Shown here one piece after another: positions 1 to 23,018 of a DNA stretch of 64,000 nt. The notes below the pieces were generated by a model that was given only the letters and a program-made list of their open reading frames with translations, was not told the origin of the DNA and searched no databases. A program made the translations under genes and the position numbers. The first letter of the stretch is position 1. Each line of letters starts with the position of its first letter. This DNA is from Paraspadella gotoi (lineage: Eukaryota > Animalia > Chaetognatha): NCBI GenBank assembly GCA_051294375.1, contig CM119267.1:18206992-18270991 (forward strand). Reading direction: 5' to 3'.

Positions 1-2632
1 GGCGTCGTTTCTTGCGTCTACGCCTGGCGCCGAATGAGCGCCAACGCGGCGTCGTTTCCGCGCCTCTGGAAGAGCGCCGGAAGGCGAGCGGCGACGCTGG
101 CGCTCTGCTTGATGGGTCTGGGCGTCGTCCCTTTGGCCGTCGACAACTTCTTGGACGATCGCGGCCGAAGTTCGTCGACATGCTCCAAGAGATCCACCCT
201 CCGCGGCCTCGAGCTCCTCCACCTGCTCCTCGAGTCTTTCCCGCAGCTGCTCGTCCAGTCGGCGGCTATCGTGCTCGACGCCACCAGCGGAACCTCGAGC
301 CAATGTTTCCCTGTCAGTTTGAGCGAGATCGACTACATCCCAAAAAACAGCGTCGACAACAGCAGCAGCCGCGAAGACGGGTCGTTCGATGGAGTCCTTC
401 ACGAGTTCACAATCAACGCGACATTGAATGCGACGGATCGATCTTGCAAATGCTTGAGAACTCCGTCGCTTTCCTACGCTTTTATCTCGGGCTACGAAAT
501 CTATTGCAGGTGATCATGAAATTAGATAATTTAATCGGCTGTGAGAATAAACTAGACTGACTCAGTTTGAGAGAGTCTTGATCAAAAGCTTGAATGGTCT
601 CGCTATGTTATTAACTTATAAGAGGGATGGAGGCCTTCACCCAGGCATAATTAATGGATAATTTTTATATTGGTTGAACGAATTTCATAAGCATATATAA
701 CATTTTATAATTTTAATCTAATTGACTAATAATTAGTAATATTAGTAATTAGTAATTAGTAATTAGTAATATCACAGATGGCCGATGGAAAATCTTTGGA
801 CGGTCTTCTCCTTTGCTCTATCGACGACCAGCTTGGCGGTGACGGCGTCAAAATTTCGCGAAGACGGAAACGTCGGGTTCCAAAGCGGACGCAACGCCGT
901 CCACCCGAGCGGCCCGTCTACCGTAGCGCGACGGCTCTGCGGAATTCTCCACGGCATCGGCGGCGCCACCGCTTATCTCTACTTTGTCCTGATGGAGGCA
1001 CTCAAGATGAACCCTTGGTTCGTCGCAACGACGCCGCTGGTGCTGTTAAGGGTCTTCACCATCGCGGAGTTGAAGGAGCTCGTCCGGAGTCTTCACCGAC
1101 GACCGACGCCGCAAAGGAGGTGTGCCGCGACGGAATCGTCCTTCGGTCAACTTCTCCTGATGACCTCCTGGAGCTTCTTCGTCGCTTCCATCTTTTTCAA
1201 CGTCGAAAAACACGTGGAGATCAGTCAGCACTTTTCCGAGATGAATCGACTTTTGCTTTTGGCGAAACTGAAATCAGACGCGAGTCCTCGACTTTCCTTC
1301 TTCGCTCGGATTGGCCATCCGTTGGAAGAAGGGAAGCTCAACACGTCGGCTTGTATGAGGACGGACGGATTGATCGACGTGGGTCGCTGGAGCGGCATCG
1401 ATATGCGGGGGAAGGGATGGAGTAGTTGGATTCGGTCGTGTCCCGAAAACTCAACGGGATTCTTAGCGTATCCTTTCGTTGTCATGAAACTGGGAAATTA
1501 CTTGATCTTGGATCCTCGTTACACGTCGACGCTCTTGATCTTTCTCTGCGATCTTTGCCTGAGTCTCTCGCTAGTCGGGACCAAGTGTTTAGAAAGGCGA
1601 ATAAATAAGGATCTTTTTCGATTTCTGGCCGCCGCATCGGCGATGGCGCTAGTAGTCGTTGTCAACCTATACATCGCGACGTCTCACGAAAGACTGAGCG
1701 ATAGTTTGGCGCCGTATCGTTGCGGACGCTTCGGAAAGCGAAAGGATCTCCACGTCGTGACCTACGTGTCGGACATCAGCTGCTACATCGACGAATCGGC
1801 TCACCGAAGCCTCATCGATTCCAAGTGGAGAGTCTACAGATCTTTTGTTCTCTTCTCCAATCTCTCGTTCACTTTCCTCGCCTGGTATTTCGCTTTTTTC
1901 TTCTTACAGGCGTTCCCCCGTGGAGTCAAGCGGAGTTGCGGCAAGAAATATCCCGTCGTCCTTGGAATTTGCGGCACGACCGCCGGAGTCCTTCCCTTCG
2001 TCGCGAGCCTCTTCAAACAAACCCACGGACGTCGGCGAGGCTTTGTCGAAACCCTCGCCGAGATGTGCGGCAAGGGCGAGGTGCTCGAAGCGATGGGCAA
2101 GTATCGCCCCCTACAAAACGACAGCGAAGATTTGCTCTTTTCTTTCCTTTTATTCAACGAATCCTTCTTTCACGTTTTCTCCGTTTCCGCGATCCCGATT
2201 TTCGTCGCCATTTTTTGGTCTCTCGCCAAAATGAAAAAAGCCGCCAAATTCGCGTTTCTGTGGAAACCGATTTTTTCGACCCTCGTGCCCATTTCGTACG
2301 CCGTTTTTTGGCTGACTTTCGAACCAGCGTCCCACTATGATCCCGACGACTACAAAAGGTATCAGTTGTCCATCATCGACTTTGTGGTCATGGAAAACAT
2401 CCGCTCCGTGCGGACGGTGGACATGAAGGCTCAGTCCCCCGCATTTGTGGCGCTGCGCCGAATGATTAACAACATGGGCTGGTGCGAGTATGACCACATA
2501 AACTCGATGGAATTTGTAAAAAGGTTTGATTACTTTTTCAATTTTATAGATTACGATCATGGTAACTGGTTCAACGTTCTAAATATTTTGGTTTTAATCA
2601 TTCCCGTTATTGTCGTGGTACTTCTTTATTAA
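1..2632 (+). CDS. XK-related (XKR-like) multi-pass membrane protein, 5'-truncated; exons <1-509 and 778-2632
   Basis: Frame 1 is open from base 1. It contains the XK-family motif LLESFPQLLVQ followed by FSFALSTTSLA. GT(510)...CAG(777) joins ORF 34-513 in frame to the 615-aa hydrophobic ORF 785-2632. Confidence 0.65.
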
Positions 2633-2923
2633 GTCAGATAAAATTCTACAAATCTCGTCGGGATATACTGCGTAATTTATCTTGTCAACGTGGAACGTCG
2701 TATTTGTATTTGTATTGTCATTGTGGATATTGGTTTTGAAATCAAAAGGAAACTAACTGAAAATTTATCTGAAAATTACCCGAATGTATTATCTTATGAA
2801 ATACTTGTCTTGATCTATCGCACCTTTACTTATTTTAAAATACATGTTTCGTGGAGACTTAAAATTTTATATCAAAGAGTCATTTACTAAGTCACCTACT
2901 AAACCACTCGTTCATTAACTGAC

Positions 2924-4645
2924 CTTTCCGGATCCTCCTCTTTGGCGGCTGAAGGATCCGTGGGGCCAATGAGATGGCGCCACCCGTCAACGGCATCCTC
3001 TCTTTCGAGCACCAAGAACAAAGTCTCGCCCGAGGTCATGTGACTGACCAAACCGGAGAAAAACTCTTTCCCTCGATGTTCCTTGTTATGAGACGGAAGG
3101 GAGTGAGAGAGTTGGTTAATGAGTGAACGAGAGGGTGAATGAGTGGGTAAGTGAATGAGTGGGTCAGCGATAACAGATTAAAAAAGCGACTGGAAAACTG
3201 TCAATGTGTACTGCAAATCTTAAGACAACGTGATTCTTCAATTCAAACTTATCAGATTTTCAACAGATATGTTTAATATCGTTTATTGTTTGTTGTTTTA
3301 ACAATCATTCTCCTCCCGCCACCGCCCACGAAGCCAATATCGCGCAATACCTGGTAAAACTCTTCGGCGATGTCGCTCGTCAGAGCCAACTGCTTCTCGG
3401 CGACGATGTGAAAACCAGCGTCTCGAATGTTGCTCATTATTTCTTCTTTGTGATCCATCCCGTCGGGTTTGATGGCGGCTAGGGTTTTCATTCTGGGTTT
3501 TAATGGTTAAATAAATATAATATAATATAATAAATATAATATATAGAAAATAAATATTAAAAAGTAGTTTTAAATCGCGACAAAAAAGTNNNNNNNNNNN
3601 TTACTATGCAAATTCGCCGAATGATCATTTCATTTTACACGGAGAAGATACATTCTAGCCGATATTGTACATCATTTTATAAAGTAATCTTAAAAAAAGA
3701 AACTTGAACAATAGAAAACCAGGCTTAATTTTACTTTCGCCGACCGCGGTTACGGCGACTTTTGAAAAATCATTTAAAAATACTTATTCTTAAAAAAAAG
3801 TAAAAAAAATATTACATAATTACCCTAACCCTAAACCCTCCTAACCCTAACCACCCCTAACCTTAAACCACCCCTAAATTATTCTTAACCCTAACCCCTC
3901 CCTAACCTCGGTCGGCGAAAGTAAAAGTAACCCGAAAACCAAATCCAACGGTCCAAATTTTTACTCACCTCGGAAAGAAAGTATCCAACTCTTTTCTCGC
4001 CGACTTTTTCGAGTCGCTTCCGTGGATGGCGTTTATCTCTTCGCCCGTGTCGAATTTGGCGCGAAGACTGTCCCCCTCTTCGGACAACGCCTCCTTCTCA
4101 CGGGGCCCTAACTTTTCCCGCCAAACCTGTTGGTCGAAATTTTTGACAAATTTACATCCAAAACACATTACGCGTGCGTATTTTAACTTACCTTGACTGC
4201 GTCGTCCCTCGCGAGGCCTAAAGCGAGTACAGGACCCGATACCATATTGTTGATGAGCGAATCGTAATATTCGGTGCCTTTGTGCTCGGCGTAAAAATCT
4301 TCAACCTTAAAGCGAGAAAATCAAAACCATACATATTAAACAAACTGCGTGGGTAAAAATCAAATTGTTGGGAATCGTAATTCTAAACTTTTTAACCTGC
4401 TCCCTAGTGAGCTGCATTTCCTTCTGAAGGGCTATTTCGAATCCAGATTCTCTAAAAATAAAAAAAGATGATGATGATGATGATTTCAAAAAATAATGTT
4501 CTAGTTAAATAGGCCAATGAATACACATATAACGAATGAATTACTTGATTGTTTCGAGAATAGCTTGTCGATGCTGTTTGACAGCACTAGGACGAATCAG
4601 GGCTAAAGTCCGCTCAACCTTAGACAACAAATATTGCGATTTAAT

Positions 4646-4691
<46 letters not shown>

Positions 4692-7600
4692 TCCTGTCTT
4701 TCTTCATTTTTCTCTTTCAACTGACCTTTCTCTTTCTCCTCCGGCTGCGCGGGCAAACGTATGTCGGAAAGAAAAAGGCGAGTTCTCTCGCCGCGTTCTC
4801 CGACGAATCGCTCCCTGGAATTAAAAACGTTTAACTTAAGTCTAACAATAATACTCTCTATTCGTACAAACCAAAGCAAATAAGACGATACCGTGGACAG
4901 CATTCATGACCATGCTGCTGCCAAACTTGGCCCTCAAACTCGCGGGAGATTCTTCCTTGGCCTGCTCGACGTCCGCGGGGCCAATGAGGCCGCGCCACAC
5001 CCCTACGACGTCGGCTGAGCCTGAATCGGGGGGGGGGATGTTTGAAAAGGAAAAGGATTTCTGAAAGAGGTGTTTAATAAGGCGTAGTAAAATTTCTAAA
5101 TTTAACTTTAATTAAAATTCTAAAAATGAGGAACGAACAATATTATACTAATGAACATATATATATATAAAAAATTTATAATAAATTTTACAATTTACGC
5201 AGTAGGCCATATTTATACTAGTACTAATCCAATAAATATTAAAATTTCAAAACAGTTTTTTTAAAGTTTTTTTTGCAGATTTGGATTCGTCATAAAAAGA
5301 AATATAACCCTTTTTGAAAAATTCCTTCATTAAGTGGGTCAAAAATTAAAAAAAGCTATATTTTAAGCTGAAAATTAACTTTTTATATATTAAATATAGT
5401 TTTTTTAATTTTTAACCCACTTAATGAAAGAATTTTTAAAAATGATTTATATTTTCTTTTATCAACTTTTGACGAGGAATTCAAATATGCAATCAAAATT
5501 AAGAAAAGCCTATTTTGAAAATTTTTGATTTTATAAGGATAGTACTATATATAAATATAGCCTACTGCGAAAATTAAAAAACATGAAATTAATTTTTTTT
5601 ACAAATTAATGTTCACTGATGGTATGTTGTTCATAATTGACTTTTAGAATTTTTGTATGTAACTTTCACTACGCCTTAGTGTTTAATATGGATTGATTAT
5701 TTGAGTACTTTGAAAGGAAGTTGTAGTTAAATGACAATAACGTGCAATGTGTTTGAAGTGTGTGGTTAAAGTCAGACAAATACGTATGACTTCGGGAAAC
5801 AGAGTAAATTCGCGACAAACAGCGATAGGCATGCAGTATATGACGAATGGTAATATTTATACATAAAAATAGTCAATTTGAAAGTATGAGACAAACTGGA
5901 TAGTTGAAAAGATTTTCGGGAAAACACTTACGGCCTAAAACGTTTAAGGAATCAAATGGAAGAAGAAAATCCAAAGTGGGGCATGGTACATGGCATGGTA
6001 TATACTATTTTTATTAATTCATTTATTCAAGAACAAATGAACATGAAATTTCGTATCAATTGCTTTTAAATACAAGCGAAGGATGATGAGCGGACTTTTT
6101 TATGTAAAGTCCAGAAGACCAACGATACATAACACAGATGCTCTTTCTGTCTCCCGGTCAAGAAAGATATTGACTTTCGACTCACAATCTATTTCTCGCT
6201 ATGTTAGAGAACGTTTGACAACTGCCCTCCCCTCACTCCGATATTGAAACCGATAAACCTTTCCCATCTTACCCGTTCCCTGCTCGGACGCGGCCAGAAC
6301 CAATACGTGCGACGGACCGGACGTCAAAAACGAAACCATTCCGTCGAAATATTCCTCGTTCACGTGATCTTTGTAAAATTCGCGAGCTTCGTCGCCCGTG
6401 AGGCATCTGAGGAAGTATGAAAGTGAGATATTGAGAGAGAGAACTTTCAAATTTAATTTATATTTAAATTTTTATCGTGTTGTACCTCTCTTCCTGTTTG
6501 AGAATTTCGATTCCAGCGTCGCGAATCTGATCAAGAATCGCGTCAACATTTCCGGCCTAAAAACGAATGAAAAATAATTGTCTCCGTCATGTTGAATTTT
6601 TATAATAGCTAAATAGTTCCTTGAGTACTAAATTTAAATTTGAGATCCGAAGTTTTCTTCTTTGAAACTCGTTTGACTTTTGTTTTTTTAATGTTATATT
6701 GCAATCCTAGCGTTAAATATCCGTAAACAAATTCTCTTTTGTTGAAGTGTAGAAAAAGGGCGGACGACAAAAGTACATTTCCCAGAAATGAAAACCCGTA
6801 CGACGAGAAGCAAAACCTGATTTATTTTGAACTTTTGAACTTGAAGTTGAGATTTTTTAAAAACATGTCGTGATGTAGGTAATTTTTAACGAGACACACC
6901 TACCTGGACTGCGTCGGGTTTGATTATGGCGACGGTGACGGGGATCGGATCTCCGTCAAGCTCGTCATTGTCATTTCGAGATCCGATCGATTCTTTGCTC
7001 GTCGCCGCCGTCAATAAATTGTCCTGGAGGGACGAACGAAAATGATCGTTGATAACTTAAAATTGAAAGGTTTTTTTTTTCTTTTTTACTAATTGATCGT
7101 AATTCTTCATCCCATTGGGAGGATACAAATTGATTTTACACTACTATTACGCGACAGAAAGCATTTTACCAGCCAAAGATAAATATTTTTTTAAACGACA
7201 AAATTTCGATTATGAGATGGTTGGGAGGAAGCAGTGAAATTGTAAGCAGCCATTCTCGCGGAAGTAAAGTTTTTGTTTACGCCGAGAAAAATATTGTTTT
7301 TTAGTTCTTTCATAAAAACTGTTTCCGCGATTTCAAACCAATTGTGGATTGTTTAATGAAAAACAAACCAAAAAAAAAAATACAAAACATTTTTAAGTGA
7401 TTATAACATTAGGCGTTTTGATTTTAAAATTCTATATGCCTTTGTTGACCTTCATATATTTAGTAAAATTGCTTTCGAACTTTGAAACGAAACGACGACG
7501 AGCGCTACCGTAAATCTTGCGACAGACAAAAGCTTCGCAATCGAGCGTCGACCGACTTTCCAAAAGTCAAATCCGAATTTCGTATCCGAGAAAAAAATAA

Positions 7601-9412
7601 ATAAACGCAAAGATTTTGACCTTCGATCGCGGAGACGAAAGGGAACGAAATCGCGACGTTAGATTCCAGATCCGCAAAGTTCGAAGAGCGTCTGCTTAAA
7701 ATTCACACGTTATCATCGCCGATCACCGCAAAGTTCTTCGATAGAAATGGAAAAGGGGAACGAATCTCGATTCAAGGTCATTTTCGTCATGGGAAGACCT
7801 GGATCCGGAAAAGGTGAGGTGGGGCCTTATAGGGTAAGGAACTCAGGACTGGATGCCACAAGTTTTCATAAAAAAAAACATTTAGACTTACTGGAAGTGA
7901 GAAAGCTCGGCGGCCAACAAGGACAGTGCCTAATTTTAGTTGCAATAAAAACAACTCGGAGGAAATTGACGAAGATAATTACAAATACTAATTTTGTAAT
8001 ACTAATTTACGACCAGGCACCCAATGCTCGCGCCTCGCCGCCCGATTCGGAATTGGCCACTTCTCCGCCGGCGATCTGCTTCGAGCCGAGCGTAACAACG
8101 GAACTGATCGCGGCGAAGAGATTCGTCAATCGATGGACAATAGGAAAGTCGTCGATGTGGCCATCACTTGTCAATTGGTGGACGAGGCGATGGGAAAGAT
8201 GAAAGGTAGGTTAAAAAATAATGGAAAGAAAGAGAGAAAAAAAGAGAGAAAAGAATTAACTGATAAAAAGAAATCAAAACAATCTCCAACACCCTACTTC
8301 TCAAAGACACCACCTCGACCTTCCTCCTCGACGGATTCCCCATGAACGACGACAACTTCCAAGGATGGAGTCGACTCATGTCCTCCAAGGCGGACGTCGA
8401 CCTCGTCATCCTCTTGGACTGTCCGGAGGAAGAGTGCGCCAAGAGGATTCTTAATAGAGGGAGGACGGGGAGCGGAGGGTAAGTAAAGAGAGAGTGGCAT
8501 GAATGGGAGAAGAGGGTGGGTTTTTAAAAGCGGAAGAGCAAGTAGAGTCAAGTTAAATTAGAGTTAGATGCGGTAAAGGGGACAAAAAAATAGCTAAGAT
8601 AAGTAAGATATATTGTCAATATTGTCAAAAATTTTTAAATCTTTCGAGCAGTCGGTTAAGTTAAAGACGATTGCAACTTTGTTTTGTTTTTATCGCAAGT
8701 TTCGACGATAAGGCCGAAAGTCTTCGCCACCGGTTCGACATTTACGATCAATCAACGGCGCCGATCGTCGATCATTACAGACAAAAGGGCATCTTACGCC
8801 GAGTCGAGGCCCACGCAACGCCCGACGAAGTTTTCGCCGCGGCGAGGACGGTCTTCTTGGAGGAGGGCTTCACGGAGGCAATCTCCGAGAGCTCTAAACT
8901 TTAGAGAGCTCTTTAACTTTAGACACTGTCAGACAGACGATCGATTCTTTTCCGTTTTCACCAGTCAATTTACAAGTAATTTCGTGTTAGGTATTCGTTT
9001 TTTAACACTTTATGTTAATCAAATTTGTTTGATCAATATAATCGTTGGTTTTGTACGATTAAAAAATCCTTCCCGCTTTTTTGCCTGACCTGTGTTTCCC
9101 TTATCTTAACTTACTTCCGACTTTCCCTGATTTCCCGCCGTTGCGTTGTTGTTGTCGTCGTCGTCGTCGTCATCATCGATCTCGGGATCGCGAATTTCTC
9201 TCCTTTCCGCCATTCCTTGCATTACCTGTAATATTTAATAATATTCAATGCTAATATTAACAACTCTAGGTAATTAATGTTGAATAAAACTTACCTTTTT
9301 CTCGTGAGCCATTTGTTGGACCACGGTCGAGTTCAAAAGCGGCGAATTTGCGCCTCTCACGACCGCGACTAACTGACCTCCTAATAAACATTAGATTTAC
9401 TTCTGTATTATG

Positions 9413-9465
<53 letters not shown>

Positions 9466-10016
9466 CTTATTATTCTCTTAATTTTATCATTCTCTCTTGC
9501 CTGCGTAGATGAGATAGCACGGACGACACTTTCCCCTGTATCGCTCGAGAGCGGCGACGGTGTCGGCTTTGGCGACGGCGAAGTGAAGGTGGGCGTCGCC
9601 CAACTCGTTCTTCAAGCGACGGAGGATGCTGTTCATGGCCTTGCACGGGCCGCACCATCCTTGGGCGGTTAAAATCGAGAAAAGAGTAGTACAGTTTTTA
9701 ATCAAGCCAGGTATATTTCGTCCCGTTTTCCACCATTTAAAAATTGAATACAATGTTCATAGTAATCATATTTATTTTTGTTTTTAGCCTATACTATATA
9801 ACTCGCTTAACGCATAATAAATCAGTGATGGATTTTCAATATTTTCGAGTCCAAATTTTACTGATTTAACTCATCCAAAACGATTAATTCCAAAAAAATA
9901 ATAACACAAAAAATAAACTTACCTTGATAAACGTCGACAACCACGAGGCCTTCCCTCGCCAATAGTTCTTCCCATTCTTCCTGAGTCTCAATGTCGATTT
10001 CATCGCTCTTACCCAT
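2924..10016 (-). CDS. NME8: Thioredoxin domain plus three NDP-kinase domains (NME8/TXNDC3, outer-arm dynein intermediate chain type); probably continues left of the window
   Basis: Spliced exons give MGKSDEIDIETQEEW..VDVYQ|GWCGPCK (Trx), then NDK repeats starting VAIIKPDAV, TLALIRPSAV and TLAAIKPDG, with NAVHG/SDS and NAIHGSDS. The last visible exon (3081-2924) ends at a GTCAGT donor. Confidence 0.9.
3590..3600. other. Assembly gap (N run)
   Basis: 11 N bases inside an NME8 intron. Confidence 0.99.
3722..3933. mobile_element. MITE with GG-terminal TIRs, 8-bp TSD (Merlin-like) and internal CCCTAA-like repeats
   Basis: The TIR core TTTTACTTTCGCCGACC pairs with GGTCGGCGAAAGTAAAA. GAAAACCA is duplicated at 3714-3721 and 3934-3941. 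Degenerate CCCTAA array at about 3823-3906. Confidence 0.85.
5078..5678. mobile_element. ~600-bp foldback MITE with 8-bp TSD (hAT/P-like)
   Basis: Termini TAAGGCGTAGT...ACTACGCCTTA. The arms stay complementary inward (GCAGTAGGC/GCCTACTGC, CATTAAGTGGGT/ACCCACTTAATG). GTGTTTAA is duplicated at 5070-5077 and 5679-5686. Confidence 0.85.
7747..8904 (+). CDS. UMP-CMP kinase/adenylate kinase family protein (4 exons), nested in an NME8 intron
   Basis: Spliced product VIFVMGRPGSGK|GTQC..HFSAGDLLRAE..FLLDGFPM..LDCPEEEC..DDKAESLRHRF..PIVDHY. All introns are GT-AG. Confidence 0.85.
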
Positions 10017-10157
10017 ATCTTTTTATAATATTTATTTTGTTTACTTTAATTAAAGATTTTTTAAGCTACACAATCCAGAATTTTGGGACAGAGTCGACTG
10101 GAGAACGAAACTTTTCGGTTCGAAAACTCGCAAACATGAGTTTCATGTTGCCAGGAG

Positions 10158-10220
<63 letters not shown>

Positions 10221-11076
10221 AAATCGATCTTTAATTGGAACCATTATGGAAAGTAAAAGATATTGTTACAAATTTTAGGATCCTTGGAGCGGTTTTTAAG
10301 ACCTATCAATAAGGTTTTTTTCTCGAACTCCAACACAAAAATGTTGTTAGAAAATGCTGCAGTCCCTGGTCTTTTCAAAGGAACAGCGAGCATAATAACT
10401 AATAATTAACTAATAACTATATCAATGTCAGCTAAGCTACTATTTGTACTTAAATTCCACTTAAATACCACTGATTTAAATAAATAAGCGTATAAATGTA
10501 TTTTAAGAATAAGAATTTTACAATCACAGCAAGAAATAATTTTGCAAACTATTTAATATGTACTGTTAGGCACTAAATTATCCAATGGCACATGAATGAA
10601 ACCAACAAAAATACAATGACAAAAAAATAATTAAAGAAAAATAAAAACATCTTGAATATTGAATAACGAATAAGGTTTTGCTGCTGAATACTAAAATACG
10701 TAATCAAGCCCAAAATTTCAAAGGCAAAACATTTCTCTAGCTTGCCAGAGACGTACAAAACGCCTAAAAGCATTTTGAGCAAAAAACCATTAACACAAAA
10801 ATTGCAAAACTAACTAGTGCGTTCAAAATATAACTGGTCGGTACGTACTACAAAATAAAAGTCGTACGTACGCTTTAGCCCTGATTCTATGATTAATGCA
10901 CAGAAAGTGTGTCAGTCAGTCTGACAATCCGTTCAAATTCTACGATATAAGTCATAAGGTTGAAATTCAATGAAAAAAAATTAAGTTCCAGGAAAAAATA
11001 AATATTAAAAAGTTTAAGATGAAAAAAAAATGATAACGAGACAAAAGTTCACATGCGACATTCGCGTAGTTTCAAA

Positions 11077-19560
<8,484 letters not shown>

Positions 19561-20255
19561 TTCTTTATCTCTTGGGGTGGGGGGTTTTCTTTGAGTAAAG
19601 TTTTTTCGTAAGGGTTCGTAAGAAATAAGTTTTGGTTGTAAAAGAGGTTGTATTAACTTCCGTTCAGAGAGCTGCTTGGATTGATTGATTGATTTTTTTT
19701 AGCTGTTGTTCTTTGATTTTTGTGGTATGATCGATTTAAAAACGAATGAGTAAAGACTAAAAATAAAAAAAAAGTACAAGGATTGAAAAGTGCGCGTTTA
19801 ATAGTACAACCCATGAGTAATATTTCTGTACAAAAGACTAGTTCAACATACGGGGGGATTCGAGGCGATGTTCGCCGATCGATTCTGATCGTAAAAAATA
19901 AACAGTAGATTAACACAAAAGTTATGTAAATTTATCAACAGAGATGATTGAGAGTGATTCACTTGTTAGCTTCCTTATAACCCTCATGAATAATATTTGG
20001 AACAACTTGAGAAAATGCTGTTGAAATGAAAAGCAAAGACTAAGACACGTGGACATTAGGTTCAGTTTCGTAGACGCTTTTGAGGTACAGTTAACTTATA
20101 CAGTCAATTAATTACTAATTTGAAGGATTTTTTTTATGAGACAAGTAGAATCCTAATTATGAAATAAACGATTGACAAATACTTTTTCAATGTTTCATAA
20201 AAAGGCCAAAAAAGTTGGGAGCCCCGACACTAAAGTTCTTAAGCCAGTCGTTCCT

Positions 20256-21848
<1,593 letters not shown>

Positions 21849-21880
21849 TTATACCTATTACCTAACTTTGTCAGAGAGAG

Positions 21881-21929
<49 letters not shown>

Positions 21930-22614
21930 TAAATAAAGAAGAGCTAGGAAGAAACTTAAATAGCAGACGATTCCAGGAAAAGGGAAATCGGATGGAACTG
22001 TGGCGGAAGTTACAAAATTCCATCTCTGAGTCATTTCTGTGCCATCATAGCTGAGGGAAAATAGAATCAACGCAAACACAATCCATGACGATTTTTAATC
22101 CGTGTTAACATTCGATGTTTGTTTTAGACAGGTAAACCTTCGCGCGAGCAAACTTCGCATGCAAAAAATGAACTTTTTAAATCAGTGGTCCAAAGCCAAG
22201 CCCCCTGTATCCCCAGGCCCGGGTTGTTTTATTCCTCTTACTAAGATTTTAGGCAAAAATGTTTAAAATTATTGATGAATCACGAAAAAAAATCGAAAGA
22301 GGAAAAATAATTGGCGGAAAAAAGAAGCGTTCGTTCAACTGATTGGTCGATTTCACTCGATTCGTGTCATGAACCCGTTTTTTTTTTCTTTTAGGAAGAA
22401 GAGTAAAACTTTGGGCAGATTAAAACTTGAAAAAAAAAGAGAGAAAGAGTTGGATGATCAATATAATTCGCGTTCGCTGATCTGTCGACACGAGAATTTT
22501 AATTCTTCATTGTCACGTCGCATTCGTTAATGAGGCGTGAAGTTGTTTACGTTTCGACCGCCAGGCTGGCGGTTCGACAACCAGCAGAAGTAAGCTAAGC
22601 TTTGACTCTCGAAG

Positions 22615-23018
22615 CCAATCAGGACCAATCACCGTCGCCAATCAGGAATAATCACCGTCACCGAGCGACTCGATTCACTTCTCTGTCACATGTGACTCTC
22701 TCTCTCTCTCCGTCTCTTCGACGTTTTCCCACTCCCTGGCCCTGGGAGCCGAATGTAAAAAAACGGGCAATCCGGGATCGACTCGCGAATTCTCCAGAAG
22801 GCGACGATGATTGGACGAAGTTTCAGTTCCTCGTCTACCGATTGGTTGCACGAATACGACGTCTCGCGTTCGACCGTCAAAAACTCGGCTTTCTATTGGC
22901 CGAGGTTCGAATGCCGTTCGAATGAGGTTCGGGTCACGACGTCCGGATTCCCGCTTACGTTGGCAAAACCCGCGACGCTCCTCGTCCCCGGGAACCCTAG
23001 ACCTTTGGACGTCACGTG
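22615..23018. promoter_or_regulatory. CCAAT and E-box/CLEAR-like motif cluster between the divergent PDCD6 and syntenin genes
   Basis: CCAATC at 22615, 22625 and 22638. ATTGG at 22810, 22841 and 22895. Palindrome GTCACATGTGAC at 22685 and GTCACGTG at 23011. Confidence 0.45.

Noticed and set aside
3820-3910. True telomere or chromosome fusion site
   Set aside because: The repeats are short, degenerate and enclosed by TIRs and a TSD.
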